NCBI GenBank assembly: GCA_026914245.1
Contig: CP110439.1
Coordinates: 3,100,001 to 3,164,000, forward strand
DNA: 64,000 nt
DNA from: Puccinia triticina
Taxonomy: Eukaryota
Reading direction: 5' to 3'
Part shown: positions 1 to 12,496 of the stretch, piece after piece
Numbering within the stretch: position 1 is the stretch's first letter
How the letters are laid out: the number at the start of each line of letters is the position of its first letter
The notes under the pieces: model-generated
What the model was told of the DNA's origin: nothing
What the model saw: only the letters and a program-made list of their open reading frames with translations
The model's database searches: none
Made by a program: the position numbers and the translations under genes

Positions 1-134
1 GTGTTTCACATTGCTTGCAACATGAGAGAAGCCCACACAAGAAGCATAACAAAATAGGATATGTAGGCAGGTCGGTTGAGGTCGGATAAGGAAGTAGGGA
101 ATGGGGGATCACAAACTACAAAATGAAGCTTGCC

Positions 135-2731
135 TTATTTGTTGGTTATCTGATGGGGAGCCTGAGGGATCAGAAATGGAGAGGTAGGCTGCTTCGTCCT
201 CCAATGGGTTAGAAAGTCGACGGTAATGGCCTGCGCAAGCTCATGCGGGTCTGGCTTTTTTTGAAGTGGTAATATCTTCCCTGGCGACTGGAATGCTGGT
301 TGGAAGATTTGGAGCAGGTATGCTGACAGATTCTTCCAAATTGGTTCCTCGGGTGTGCGAGGGACTTTTGAGTGCTGAGTTATCACAGCCATTGACTGAA
401 TGAACGACATACATTCAGACACAGGGGTGTGACGGTAATTTTTCGAAGCGATGAAGAGGCCTCGAACCCCACCGAGAACAAAGTAGGTGAGGGGCTGGAA
501 GTTATGCCTGGATTGGAATAATTGCAGTCGCCGTGTAGCAGCTTTATTGGCCTTGACGGGAGAATCTTGGGAAGTTGAATTGAGCGCAGAGGGGTTGGAT
601 ACTGATGAGTTGCCTGAGGCTTTCTTGGCTCGGGATTGTTGCTGGAGCTGGCTGTTTGTTAACGGAGGTCCACTGAGGGCGTGTACTTGGAAAATGACGT
701 AGCCCATGAAGACATCTATGATGGTCTTCGCAAAATCTGTCAGGACATCGATGGCGTGAGAGCGTAAAATAATTTCAACATCCGGGGCAGCCGAGGTTGG
801 TTGAGAGTCTGGAGGTGTTTCATAAGTGGAGAGAGATTTCTTCAGCCCTTCAGCCCATTCGAGGACCTGAAGGCCTTGGGTGAGGGTGTCGTGATTGGTA
901 TCAGGAGTCGGAGGTGGAGGGTTGTAGAGCTTGAAAGCCATGACCTCAACGGAAGCAGCAACAACTTTGGCCCAATCAGTTATGACGGTGGCGGGTGGAC
1001 TTTGAAGGCGGTGGAGAAAACGGATGATGGTGGACTCAGGATGTTTAGATTTTACGGTCGGGGAGATAAAAGGATTGGAGGAGCCGGTTTTCTCCCTTTC
1101 GGAGAAGACTGAAATTAAGGGAAAATCCACGACGTCTGGACAGTTCCATTGATCGTTTGGAGATGGAGCTAAAAAGTCATCGGCTGGGGCGAGAGGAGAA
1201 CACACACGTTTGTTCAGCTAAGTGATTGGATGGTATCAAAAAGGGTACTCCTGGCTTACCCACTGAGGCAATGGTTTTGATCCAGGCCGCATAGGAGCAG
1301 GTTGTTCTTTCGAAGTGCAAGTGGGGCTCGTGCGGTCCGGGGCTCTGAAGAGATTGGGCTTGGAATAGAGCAAGGTTGGACAGTGCTTCCCACGTAGTTT
1401 TGTACCGCTCCCAATTTGGCTTCACTCCACCAACTACATGATCAATCGCAGTGACCGACATTCGCACGTTGGTTGACTGGAGGATAGTTAAAGATGTCGA
1501 GGAGCCAGTGGTTCCTCCGACCCCACTGGCCGACGGGTTAGGCTGTGAGGAAGATGGCAGTTGAGAAGCCTGAGAAGTATCATTATGATCATTCCCAGGA
1601 GTGGGTTCAAGACCTGAGCCGAGGAGTTGCGTTTCCTCAGAGTGATGATGTTCGTCTACAGGGGGACAGACAAGGGTAGGGTATTTCAAAGATGTAGTCA
1701 GCTGTCAGAGCGCTTCACGGCTTGAATCAAGATGTACATGAAAAAAAGAAAGAAAAAAGACAAGGAACAATGAGGCAACATACCACCATTTACATCGGCA
1801 GAGCCAGAATTTGCACCGTGTGATGCCTCTGGTGCCGACTGGGAATCTGGGGGGTCGACGGGTTTGGAAACCTCCACCGGAGATTTAGTTTGCGTGATAG
1901 GGTTGGGATTTGTCGGGGGAGGGGTGCCAAGAGTGGTGGCTGGACGAGGTGAGGGGGCCTGTGATGTGTTGTTGGCGCCAGAGGGGGCGGCATCATGACC
2001 GTCAGAAATGGTTGCTACAGTAGTTGAATTGACATCCGCCGCGGGTTTATCGCCTTTGGTCAGAAGGGAAGCTGGGTTGACCGAGCGGGCCTTTTTGATC
2101 CGCTTGGTGGGTTTTTTGGTCGATGTGGATGTTGAGGTTGCAATGGCGGAGGAGACACGAGATGGCCGGGCTTGATTGATCCGGATCCCCTCGTCTTCTG
2201 GAATTTCCCCAGTCTGCTCAAATGCTGAAGCAAACAAGATCAATTAGTCCTTGCTGATGCGCAATGTGTGTAATGATCGATGGTAGACGTACTTTTTTTG
2301 GAGTGTTCGATGTCATGAGCACATTCAGCAATCTTCCGCTTCAAACTCCTGGGGAGCTTCAAGTTGGTCAAGCCGAGTAGAGTCGTTTCAGCAGTTTTGA
2401 TGTTCCGATTGAATTCTTCAGCGGTAATCTGCTGAATTTCGCTTTCTAGAACAGATTGGCCAGGGTGGAGGGGCTCGGGAAGGCTGTGAATTGTGGAGGA
2501 CAACGCAAACTCTTCAAATGTCGGTGCTGGCAAGGGCTGACCAGGGAAGTTCTGCTGTATAAATTGTAAGGCTATACAATTGAGTCAGTGACAGATATAG
2601 ACAGGAGGAACAACAAGGGTGCAGTGGAAAGATGTCTTACTTGGTGGAGGCGTGGAGGGATCCTCCAAAGAAATGGATGACTGGGCTGGTAGAGGAACCG
2701 GGGGACCAGGGTCTGGATCATTGCTACTCAT
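135..2731 (-). CDS. Multi-exon hypothetical protein (probable transposon-associated gene)
   Basis: Consecutive minus-strand ORFs (2240-2533, 1698-2243, 1177-1689, 135-1205) can be joined through GT..AG introns, e.g. GTAAG near 1259 to CAG near 1183. Candidate ATG at 2731 (MSSNDPDPG), stop at 135. No recognisable domain. Confidence 0.55.
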
Positions 2732-3661
2732 CGGTGCAGTGCTTTGCGAGGTAATTGGACCGATGGGGAGATTGGAGAGAGGCGATGGGACAAATCTTCG
2801 GGGGTCGTGATGCTGAGGGAGGTGAGGGAATTGTTGAACCAGGAAGGACAAGTGCCTGTTTATGTAGTGCACTGGATTCTAGGTGAGGCGGCAACAAAGG
2901 GTGTAGTGCACCCACGATCTACTCTAAGACACAAAGGATGATGTAAGCAATTCTGAGCAGAGATTTTCTGGGTTGCTCCGGGATCGCATAGACAAAGGTA
3001 GACAAAGGAACACCATAATCAACTTTCAAGATTTGTAGGGATGGTCCCACCGGTCATGGCATGAATATACACCTTGTGACCTGAATGGAAGACCTTCAAG
3101 AAAACTATCTTGCTTGATGTGGCTGTACCCCCAATTTGCTTGGACCTCTGCCACAGATGGAACGGCCCGTGTTGGGTCGGATGGGTGCCTGAAGCTTAAG
3201 TGGACTGCCAAATTCCCTCCCACCAACAAGGCCACATGTTGGTGACAAGTACAAGGGAAGGATGGATGAAGTCAGCCGTAATCAAGGATAACACCACCCT
3301 TCATCAGCCGTTGAGTCAGCATTGGCCTCCACTGCAAAAAAAACTGTGTCAACTGTGAGCAGTTGACATGCGGCAACTCTGAGGAAGCTTGTGGTGTTAC
3401 ACCAGCCTTACTTAAGGTTTGACTCAACCCAAGCTTCAATGCACAGTCACTGTGCACCTTGCACAGTGACTGTGCCAACAAAGGCACTTCTGCATTCATG
3501 TGGAGTTACAATGGCAGCTTGGCTTGCATATCCTGCATGTCAACTGCAAGCAGTTGACCAAGTTATTTTTGCAGTGCTCAGCTTTTTCTTCAGGGTGCTC
3601 GCTGGGGCAATGGATGCCTGCTAGAGGCACCAGTGCCAATAGGGCTTGGAGCTCAGCCGTC

Positions 3662-3697
3662 TGTCATGAAAACGTACGCGCGTACGTTTTCATGACA
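3662..3697. repeat. 36-bp perfect palindrome, copy 1 (TGTCATGAAAACGTACGCGCGTACGTTTTCATGACA)
   Basis: The sequence equals its own reverse complement. An identical copy lies at 10963-10998. Confidence 0.97.
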
Positions 3698-3932
3698 TGG
3701 CGTCGCTGGGGACACATGGGGACACATGCCACATCGTTCACACCATTTGTGACGAGATTACTGAAATACACGAACAGCTACTGCGGGATCGATGGAAACC
3801 ATCTGTAACATCTAGAAGCTCAAGACACAGCACCGGTCCGACATAGTAGATGAAATTTTCATGCCAAAACACTTTCTCCACGGCCATGGAACAGAATAAA
3901 CTACATTTAGGACACAGCATGTATTTTCTACC

Positions 3933-5663
3933 TCAGTCAACATTCATCGATCCACTGGGACCAGGAACCCCACCACCCGTCCCTTCACTATGATCATGAG
4001 ACTGACGACGCTTCTGAGCCCCCCCTGTCCCTCCTCGATCTGGTGGTCCACTAGTCCCCGTGTTGTGTCCTGTTCGGCAAAGCTTGGTCAACCCCAGAGC
4101 GAGATTTTCAATATCGACTTTGTCGACCTTTGAGATAGTGTCCTGCTCGAATTTGCTGAGACCTCTCCAAAACGCTTGATCGTAACAATCGTTTGGCCAG
4201 TCACGCGCAACCCCAATTGGTCCTCCAACATTCTTCTTGTGGTTGCGGGCCGAACGCGCGTACATCTTCTTGTTTGTCTCGATGGTTTTGTGATGAGTAG
4301 CTTGGACTTGCACCATGCGATCGAGATGGTGAAGTATTTCGGTGAGGTGAATGCTACGCCAAGGCGGAAATACGCTGATCGGATTTCCTCCATCAGGTCC
4401 GTCTTCAATGTCCGAGTGGCAATCGTTGTCCTCCAGTACCACAGCCAGTTGAGGAATTTCATGAAAGACGCTATCTGCCATTCTACAACGCGCATCCTTG
4501 ATCTGTTTCAATAGGGAAGTGACAGATCAGCTGATGTGACAGAAAAAATCAATTTGAGCAGGCCAAGCAACACTTACTTTCTTGCGCCACCTCTGGTATA
4601 ATGCCTTCGTCGCTTTTTTGGATTTGAGAGAGTTGTACTCGGTTAGATCCATACCTCCGTACTGCTGGATCTCCTTAGATTTAGTTTTGAGCCAACGATT
4701 AATAATAGCAGCGGCCTGTCCGGACTCCTCCTGACTTATTTTCATCGATTGGCCGAGCCATTCCACCGCTTTCGATCCCATCACTTCAACAACCACAGAG
4801 TTCCAAGTCGAATCCTCATCACCGGGAACATGCCAATCGAATGTGAACCTCGAGATTCCGGCCAAGGCTAGCGCTCTCTCAACATCGCCCTTTGTTTGGA
4901 GACTGATCGGCTTTCCTCCTCCAAGATCGCCCTTTCGCGGAGCTGGGTGGAACACCGGCAGTGGAATGTTCTTCCGAATCTCCTTCTCGGCCTGTGCCAG
5001 GAAGAAATCTTGCTCGGCGGTAGATCTTGAAGAAAGACTGGAACGCAACCGCTCGAGTTGCTCAATGATCAGTCTTGATCGCCCGTCCACCCAGTAAAGA
5101 GCCTCCTTTTCTTGGGATGACGGTGATGCAGGATAGTCTTGTGGGTCCGTCGGTCCACCTAGAAAGAACTTGAGGAAGTGTTGAATTCCACGAGAATATT
5201 TGTCGCAGTGCTCATTGAGAGTGGCCTTTTTAGCGATTCCGCGTGCTCGGCGTTCCTCCCGGCTCCGAGCCCCACGCTCCTCTTCATGAGCTCTTACCCC
5301 TCTGGCATGCTCAACGATGAAGTTGGGATCCAATCGCTGACGTTCAGTGATGCTCTCAGTGTTCAACGATCCAGCAGGCCTTGATCCTGAAAGATGAAAA
5401 CACAACGCAGGATCAGTTTCCACTGGAACAAGAACACACGCATAATTGACTCAAGACTGGACGGGAGAAGTTTTACCAGCAGATCTACTACCATCAGGTG
5501 CGTCAGCCAAGTTGGGCAGGATTCTGTCGATGATATTGGTTATCCAGCTATGCTCGCGTCCGTTATCTTGTGCATCGGATCCCCCAGCTCCCGTTGGAGC
5601 TCCTGTTTGACCAAGGCCTTCATTTCCTTCTCCAGAGTCCTCGCCGAGCGGTTCAGCATTCAT
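3933..5663 (-). CDS. Three-exon accessory protein of the CACTA-like block, paralogue of 11245-12379
   Basis: ORFs 5451-5663, 4527-5423 and 3933-4511. Motifs G..rFTFDW...S.WN, SD.E...P.WRS...L..LD and P..CY also occur in the 11245-12379 product. Confidence 0.65.
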
Positions 5664-5975
5664 GATATTGGGCAGTTCAAGTTGAAAGATGATATAAATT
5701 TAGGCAACTTATAGAATTTCCGATCAAAATTAATTCTGGATTCCTCAACAAATGATCAGACACGGGGGGGGGGCAAGATTGGTGGGGAAATTGTGTAGTG
5801 GACATAACCTTGGGTTGACAACAACATCGGCACACTATATACAGAGTAGGCAGTTTTGATAAAGAAGAACAGGAACCCAAGAACCGTGCCTCAGAGGTAA
5901 ATCTGCCCCTTTCATAACACCCCCTTTCAAAATAGCCCAAATGCAAGCAAACATTGTGCGTAATTTTCTCACACA

Positions 5976-8900
5976 TCAAACAAGCCCTTCCCATCCCTGT
6001 ACAAACAAACTGTCAGAGAACAGCCACAACCGCATCAGAATACAAATACTGACCAATGTACCTAATCCAACAGCCGTGACAGTTCTACTTTGAATGCCAA
6101 ATGTTCCACCGGGGTTCTTCAGGACTGCCACATGTCCAATAATTTTTTCCTGCTCCACGACAACAGCCACTTCCAACTCGTCTCGAACCAATCGGCAATT
6201 CAGGTCAGGATATTCATTGTATGGATCCTCTGTCTTGTCCAGTTCCTTGAAAGGGCTAATTATGAGCCAGATTTTCCCCGGGGTTTGTATGGAGCAAAAT
6301 ATCTCCTCGATTGTGCCAAACCTTTGGTCGCGACCAAATAAATACTCAACATACGAGTTTCCGAGATGATGCCGGGCTGTGGAGAAGTTCTTCCCATTGA
6401 TGGTCATCATCTTTCTGGTCGATACTGTAGCATTGAGTTCCGTGGGATTTGCAGCAAGCTTTCCCCTGGATGACTCCTTCCCCGCAATAGCTCGCTTCCA
6501 CTTCTTCATCATCTGCGCATCGAGATCCCGACTTGGCCTCTCAGTCTCCATCTCTGATACAGCTGTGCTGACCGACAGGGCTTTGTTCTCTTTCTGGCCG
6601 CGGGTGACGATTTGAAGGGTGGAGTTTATGTGCCAATTCTTCAACAGGGTCTTGGGAATCTCGGCTACACAAGAAGGTGTGACATTTGTCAGCTGCACAG
6701 GACGCAAACACAATGAGCATTAACAGACTGACAAGGGTGGTGATTTGTTGGTAATCTTTGCAGCATCCCGTTAACGCGTTCCTGAGCCCATGCCGCTGTT
6801 GATCTAGGTGGACCAAACCTCCGTATGACATCAGAATAGTGCTGTGTCAAATGCAGGTTAGGCTTAGTTGGATGCTGCGGCCAGCCTTTGCGGAGACATT
6901 TTCGGTATTTGACTATGAGGTCATCAAGTTCTGGTAGATCCTTGGGGTTGATCTTTGGCAAGGTAAGGAAATGTGCTATCCTGGAAAGAAGAGTGGTCGA
7001 GTCTAGCAATGTTGAAACTCTTTCCTTTTCTTCTGCTGTCGCACATTCCACATAAGTTTTCTTCCAGACAGGTATCAAGGCCATTGGGTAGTAAACCTTG
7101 TAGAGAATCAGCCACTCGGCAGCCTTGAGGGATCCATGACTTGCTGCCCCTAAATTGTGGGGAACTCGGTCAATCCAGGATGGAATGGTAGTGTGAATCA
7201 GTGTTCTTCGAACCACCTCAAGCTCATCAGGCCTCATGCGATGCGAGATAGCACCCTCCTTTCCCAGTGGTGTCAACGATTTGTTTCTCTTGGGTCCCCG
7301 CTCAGTACAATCACTATTACCGTTGTCTTCGGAGTGTTCAGTATCTGGATTCTCGCTGCATTCGACGTAAACCGCTTGTTTTCGAGCCCGTAGTTTGTAC
7401 GAGTGGCTTCCTTGGGTGGTGTGAGAGCTTTGCCCTGAGGAGGCTTGACACTCAGCTCCTGAAACAGCACAATGTTTCCCTTTTGTTGAAGGACCTGGTT
7501 CGGGTACTTTGCCTCTCTTCGGCCGGCGCCCGAGTTCTTCAGTTGTATCATTGGGTTCCTCATTACGCTTGCGCTTTCCCGGATTCTTCTTTGGTTCGGA
7601 GGGAAAGAGGTCAGTGAATGGAAGAGCCGAATAGTGGTCATCCATCTGCCACTCTTCCTCCTTCTCCTGCGTGGATTTCAGCAGTTTCGCTGCTGACGGG
7701 AGGTACAAGAATCGCATGCTGTGATCTTTCAAGTCGCCAAGAACGAGAGCATGCATAAGCTCGATTGAGCAATGGTCTACTGGAAGCCAGTACGGTAGGT
7801 CATTAAGAACACTCCATCTTGCACCATGGTTCTTCATGAAATGTTTGCGCTCGACGTAGCTCTTGAGTGCTAACCACTGTTTTGCGTGAAGTAGGTGTTG
7901 CTCATTGCTTCGTCCAGGGAATTTTGATGGGTCTATTTCTTCGATGTCCTTCTTATCCATCAGACAGAAGGAGCAGAATAAGGTTGCTGCATGACTTCCA
8001 AAGCCAGCTGTTTTGCGTAGTGCTGGAAGGTCTGCAATCAGGGGGAATAGTGCCGCGCGGATGACCCGGCCGTTTGGGTATGATGCGGTGGATTGAAATC
8101 GGACTCCCTCCCAAAAGGACTGAAGCTCCGCTACTAGAGGACGCAGTAGATGGTTGACTTGTTCGAGGCTGGGCTCCTTAGGGCCAGGAATCACGCCAAA
8201 AAGAAAAATGTTCTCGATCTTGTAGCGTTCACCAGGCGGGAGATTCAAGCATATCAGAGTAATTGCACCGACAGAGTTGTGAGAACCGAGGTTTGATGAT
8301 CCTTCCGCATTGAACCAGTCTAGATAAAGGCTGAATACAAGGTTCCCGGAATTCTTGGTGAAGATACCGTTACCCCCTTCAGTCTCTGGAAACTCCTGCC
8401 ACACCTTTCCATCCCACACATCCTCCATAATCCCATCAGCACTTCCAGAATGAGCAACGAGGCTGGAATCTAACAGAGCCTCAAAGTGTGATACAGAAAG
8501 TCGTGCCTTGAGCCAAGTCTCAAGTTTGACATAGCTGAAGGTACGCAACGGCTTCAGTTCATTCTTGCGGTTCAGTTTATGCAGGTCAGTGTTACATTCT
8601 GGCTTCACTTCATTTGCCTTTGCCCACTTGCAAAATGTTTGATACGAGGACAGGAAGGGCCGGTTACATTTTTTTGGGCAAGGGTTTTGAGGATCGCCCG
8701 TCGGGTACAAAGCAAAACATTTCTTGCAGCAAACCTGCGTAGTGATGGTGGGGTTAATCCCAAGACGGTTAAAAACAGCTTCACGAGTGTGGGGTATCTG
8801 GGCCACAATCCTTGAAGCGTTGGGTGCGGTATCGGTATCCCCCGTAGCCCAGATTCTTGAGAGCAAGACCACATTTTCACGAGCCGCCTGAAGGAAGTCG

Positions 8901-9339
8901 GATGCACCTGACTTGCTGAGTCGGTTTCTGAGGACGGACTGTGCCATTTGCACCATGACTTGTGTACAGAAATCTTCCTCCAGTAGCAGAGGCCGAACAC
9001 TGCTTTGGGATTCCTCACCTGGGACGACGGCAGGAGGAGTTGGTCCATTCTGTTGGTGCCGTATTGTTCCACAGTCGAACACCTCATGATTAGCATGACA
9101 GACCATATGGATGATAGATGCTGGCAGCTTACTTCACATGAGCTACCAACTCCAAGCTGTGGCCGAGAGACGACTAATGTCCGTGATTGTAACTGGGCTT
9201 CTTTAAGTTGGTGTGCTTGATATGCAACCTTTGACAGTACTCTTCCTGGGACCACCCCGATTCCTTCTTCTTGATGCTGTGTAGCATTGCATCCGGAAGA
9301 TGTACAATGACATACGTAGGTGGGATGATTTGACTTCAT
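5976..9339 (-). CDS. CMC/EnSpm (CACTA-type, Transposase_21-like) DDE transposase, multi-exon
   Basis: 805-aa core ORF 6689-9106 with DVWDG, LYLDWFN, CLNLPPGERYKIENIFLFGVIPGPKEP, IADLPALRK..GF..H...FCSFC, ELMHALVLG and KPNLH..H...FGP...AWAQERVNG. A Cys/His-rich first exon starts at ATG 9339. 3' exons lie within ORF 5976-6713. Confidence 0.88.
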
Positions 9340-9968
9340 GGAATAAAATGAAGGATGGGAGCGGGTGTTGGGGGTTACGTTGACGTTGCGGATTTCGAAA
9401 GTCACACAAGAGGCAGGGAGCCTTTAGCTGTGTGTTTGCGTGCCATTGCGGCATCCTTCTTGATAGGATATGCAGTGTAGTTTCACTTTGAATCACCCTC
9501 AATCATGTGGCCAATGCAGCGGAGTCACGTCACCTCCCAAATTCATGTTTGCAGCTGGGCATTGGAGTGGAAAGAATCAAAAAGCACGTCTTCTGATCTG
9601 AATCGTGCCACAGCCTATGTATTGTGTTTTTCTCCGAATCTTCACAGCAAGCCATGCATACGCACGGTGTCCAGAAGACCTGTGGATCAGGTGATTCATA
9701 TGTGGTGGGGAGATTGTCGGGCCATCAGAAATTCATATCTTGCAGTGACTAATTCCACTTAAGGTCCAACATGCTCACTTCTTATTCAATCGTTTGTTTT
9801 GGCCTCAGGGATGTTTGAGACTCGCAGTAAAACACATAGCTTACTACCTTAAACAGATCAGTGTGCTGAACTTAAACAGCCCCTGCCACTGGGGAAGTTG
9901 AAAATCAACCCATCACCCCCATTTGTCATCTCCTCACCGAAGCTAGTGCCACTTTTGAAAATACCATC

Positions 9969-10316
9969 ATGCCCTCCACTTTTAGTTTCAATCAAACCCA
10001 ACTGCACTGGATCAAAGCCATGCAAGAGAGGATAGATCGTGTTGTAGACGGAATTGAACTTCCCCCTGACAGGGAACCCGCTCCGGTCGACATCCAAGAA
10101 AACTGGTCCCGTGACTGGAAGAATTGGAATCACTGTTTTCACCTCCAGTGTAAACTGGATGCCGATGCCTTCGACCACAAAATTCCTCACTGGGCTATCC
10201 CCAACGTCAAGGCCACCTGGATGGCCAGAAGAAATCGATTTGGAAGAGGTTTGAACTCCTTGCGTTCCCATGTCGGCTTCAGCACACGAGCAACTAATAC
10301 TGTCAACTTATGTTAG
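9969..10316 (+). CDS. Small Trp-rich hypothetical protein, divergent from the transposase
   Basis: ATG-initiated 115-aa ORF with protein-like composition. It may be spliced at its 3' end. No domain recognised. Confidence 0.4.
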   Translation: MPSTFSFNQTQLHWIKAMQERIDRVVDGIELPPDREPAPVDIQENWSRDWKNWNHCFHLQCKLDADAFDHKIPHWAIPNVKATWMARRNRFGRGLNSLRSHVGFSTRATNTVNLC

Positions 10317-10959
10317 GGCCCGTCGAGTTTGCAAAAGATGCCACCACCGATGTTGCGCCGGGTTCTTCGGAATAGGCCCATGGTCAATAGATGTGTGGAG
10401 GTGCTGTTCCACCAAGGTACAGTCAATGCCGCACTTCCCTCTTCCGAGTCCGCACATTTGGCATGTGCCTCTGACAAACCCTTAACTTTTTCTCTCTGGC
10501 CACTGCCTATTCTGTCAAAGCCAAACCGTTGGACTTAGGCTATCTCAAACAGAATTCTCTGTAACTCAACATCCACTTCTGAAGCTGTACCCTTTCCAAA
10601 TTTTGTGATACTCATGCCCCATTACATACAATTCTGGATCAAGCACTCCAAAGTCCACACCGATAGCACACACACCATCAATTTTTGATGGCTTGATAGA
10701 TCAAGTATGATAGTGCTGCCACTCCCACAGGAGCTAAATGTGAAGAAACCTTCTGTGGACTGTGCAATCGCAACACATATTTCCGCATGGGGTGCCTGTG
10801 TTCTGTTTAAGTACCATTGAGGGCATGGGGCGGTCGTCCTGCCGTGTACAAGCCATTGGTAGCTTCTGCCCGGGGGTACCTGGTGTTGTTGGTGAATTGG
10901 ACATGTTGAACGACTGTCCGCTTCATTCCATTGCGAAAACTCGAGTCGGACTCCAGGCA

Positions 10960-11001
10960 TCTTGTCATGAAAACGTACGCGCGTACGTTTTCATGACAAG
11001 A
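10960..11001. repeat. Perfect palindrome, copy 2 (same 36-bp core at 10963-10998, extended to 42 bp)
   Basis: TCTTGTCATGAAAACGTACGCGCGTACGTTTTCATGACAAGA is self-complementary. Confidence 0.97.
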
Positions 11002-11244
11002 ACACGTCAACCAAAGCAAGCCAAACATGTGACCCTGCACGAAATGCTTTACATAAAAATATGCTGTGCGCCCTTTCATGCAATATCTCCCTACCGATAA
11101 GCCTTTGAGAGTTACAAAACAAAGGGTAGAAATGCGGGCCATGTCTTCACCCAACCCTCACCCCCACATCACCCTTCGTGGGTATAAGATCCTGCCGCGA
11201 ATTCCTTCTCAGACTTTGCCCCAACACTCACACAACATCCCACG

Positions 11245-12379
11245 ATGAAAATTTCGGCTCACTCTCACTTCAGCGGGAACAATCCTCCAACCAACGGTTG
11301 TAAAATCAATAGTTTCTATTCTACTGTACTCCCCAAATCAACGTCACCTCTGTGTAGAAGTATTTCTTCCTTCACCCGTTGCCTGCTAGACATGAACACC
11401 AAATCTTCTGAGGTATGGAGGCTTTCTCCCTCCCCACAAGATTTCCATAGAGGCTGCGCCCTTCCACACTCAATATTGATCCATCCCATATCTCAAGTTC
11501 CGGAAAGTGCCTGTTCCCTCAAAAACGAGAAGATACCTGTTGTGTTCCGCACATTGTATTTGGAAGATCTTACTGCATCTGGATTTCCTGGAGCAACCTT
11601 CGCGTGGCAGCACCCTTGGGACTCGCCCTGGAATCAGGCGATTGCTCAATTCATTCTCAAACACTGGAGACATGCCCATCAGTCTGGTGTTTTCAAGATA
11701 TTCTACATCAACCCTAACGAAGCTTCCAATCCAAAACTCCACATGGGTACCTTGCATCGATGGTTCCTTGGGCGTGCTGAGGGGCTCAGGTTGGGAAAGT
11801 ATTCCACAGACGGCCGGGATAAGAAGAAAAAATCCGAGTTGAAATCCAAGTGGAGGAGTCAGGTAAGCCATCTGGGTTTCTGACTCATATTTGCTCCAGG
11901 TCATTGATCACAAGAATGATATTCTCCAGCTTCAGACACACCGCCAACAGACACTCTCCACGCTTGACGTATCAAATGAAACGAAGGGGCTCTTTGATCC
12001 GATTAAATGCTCATCTGAAACGGAAAGGCTTCCGGACAAGTCACTTGTCAAAGTTCCTCTCTTGTGGAGGTCCTCTGAATTCAGCCTCCTCGCACAGAAA
12101 CTGGACAAAGTTCACATCCACAAGAAGAAGAACACCAAAGGCCCGAAATTTGTAGACAGCTTTACAATAGAGAACCGTCGCTTGATTCAGGCTTCTGTTC
12201 TTACCACGTTTTCTGACGTTCCGATAAACTTACCAATCAACTGCTACGCACCCGAATACATCAATACACTTGACAATGCACAAAAACTACTCCTCAACCC
12301 AAAACCTTACATGAACTTCTCTGAGCTTTTCGAAATGATTCAACTATTTTGTGAGTTCAGGAGTATGCGATTCAACTAA
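11245..12379 (+). CDS. Accessory protein paralogous to 3933-5663 (start uncertain)
   Basis: ORFs 11245-11883 and 11891-12379 are joined by an intron (GTAAG near 11863). SGFPGATFAWQHPWDSPWNQ, SSETE..VPLLWRSSEF...LD and LPINCY align by eye to the minus-strand paralogue. Confidence 0.6.
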
Positions 12380-12496
12380 TCATGTTCATCATTATTAACT
12401 GAGCTGCCTTGTATTGTTCATCACCACCCGAAGGAACGCTCAACCTGGAATACGATACGGATCATTCGCTTTGTCACCAAAGGGAGCTTAACAACT

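Noticed and set aside
3662..10998. The two palindromes as proven transposon TIRs
   Set aside because: There is no TSD, they lack CAC/CCC-type termini, and a related accessory gene lies outside them. Kept only as cis-site candidates.
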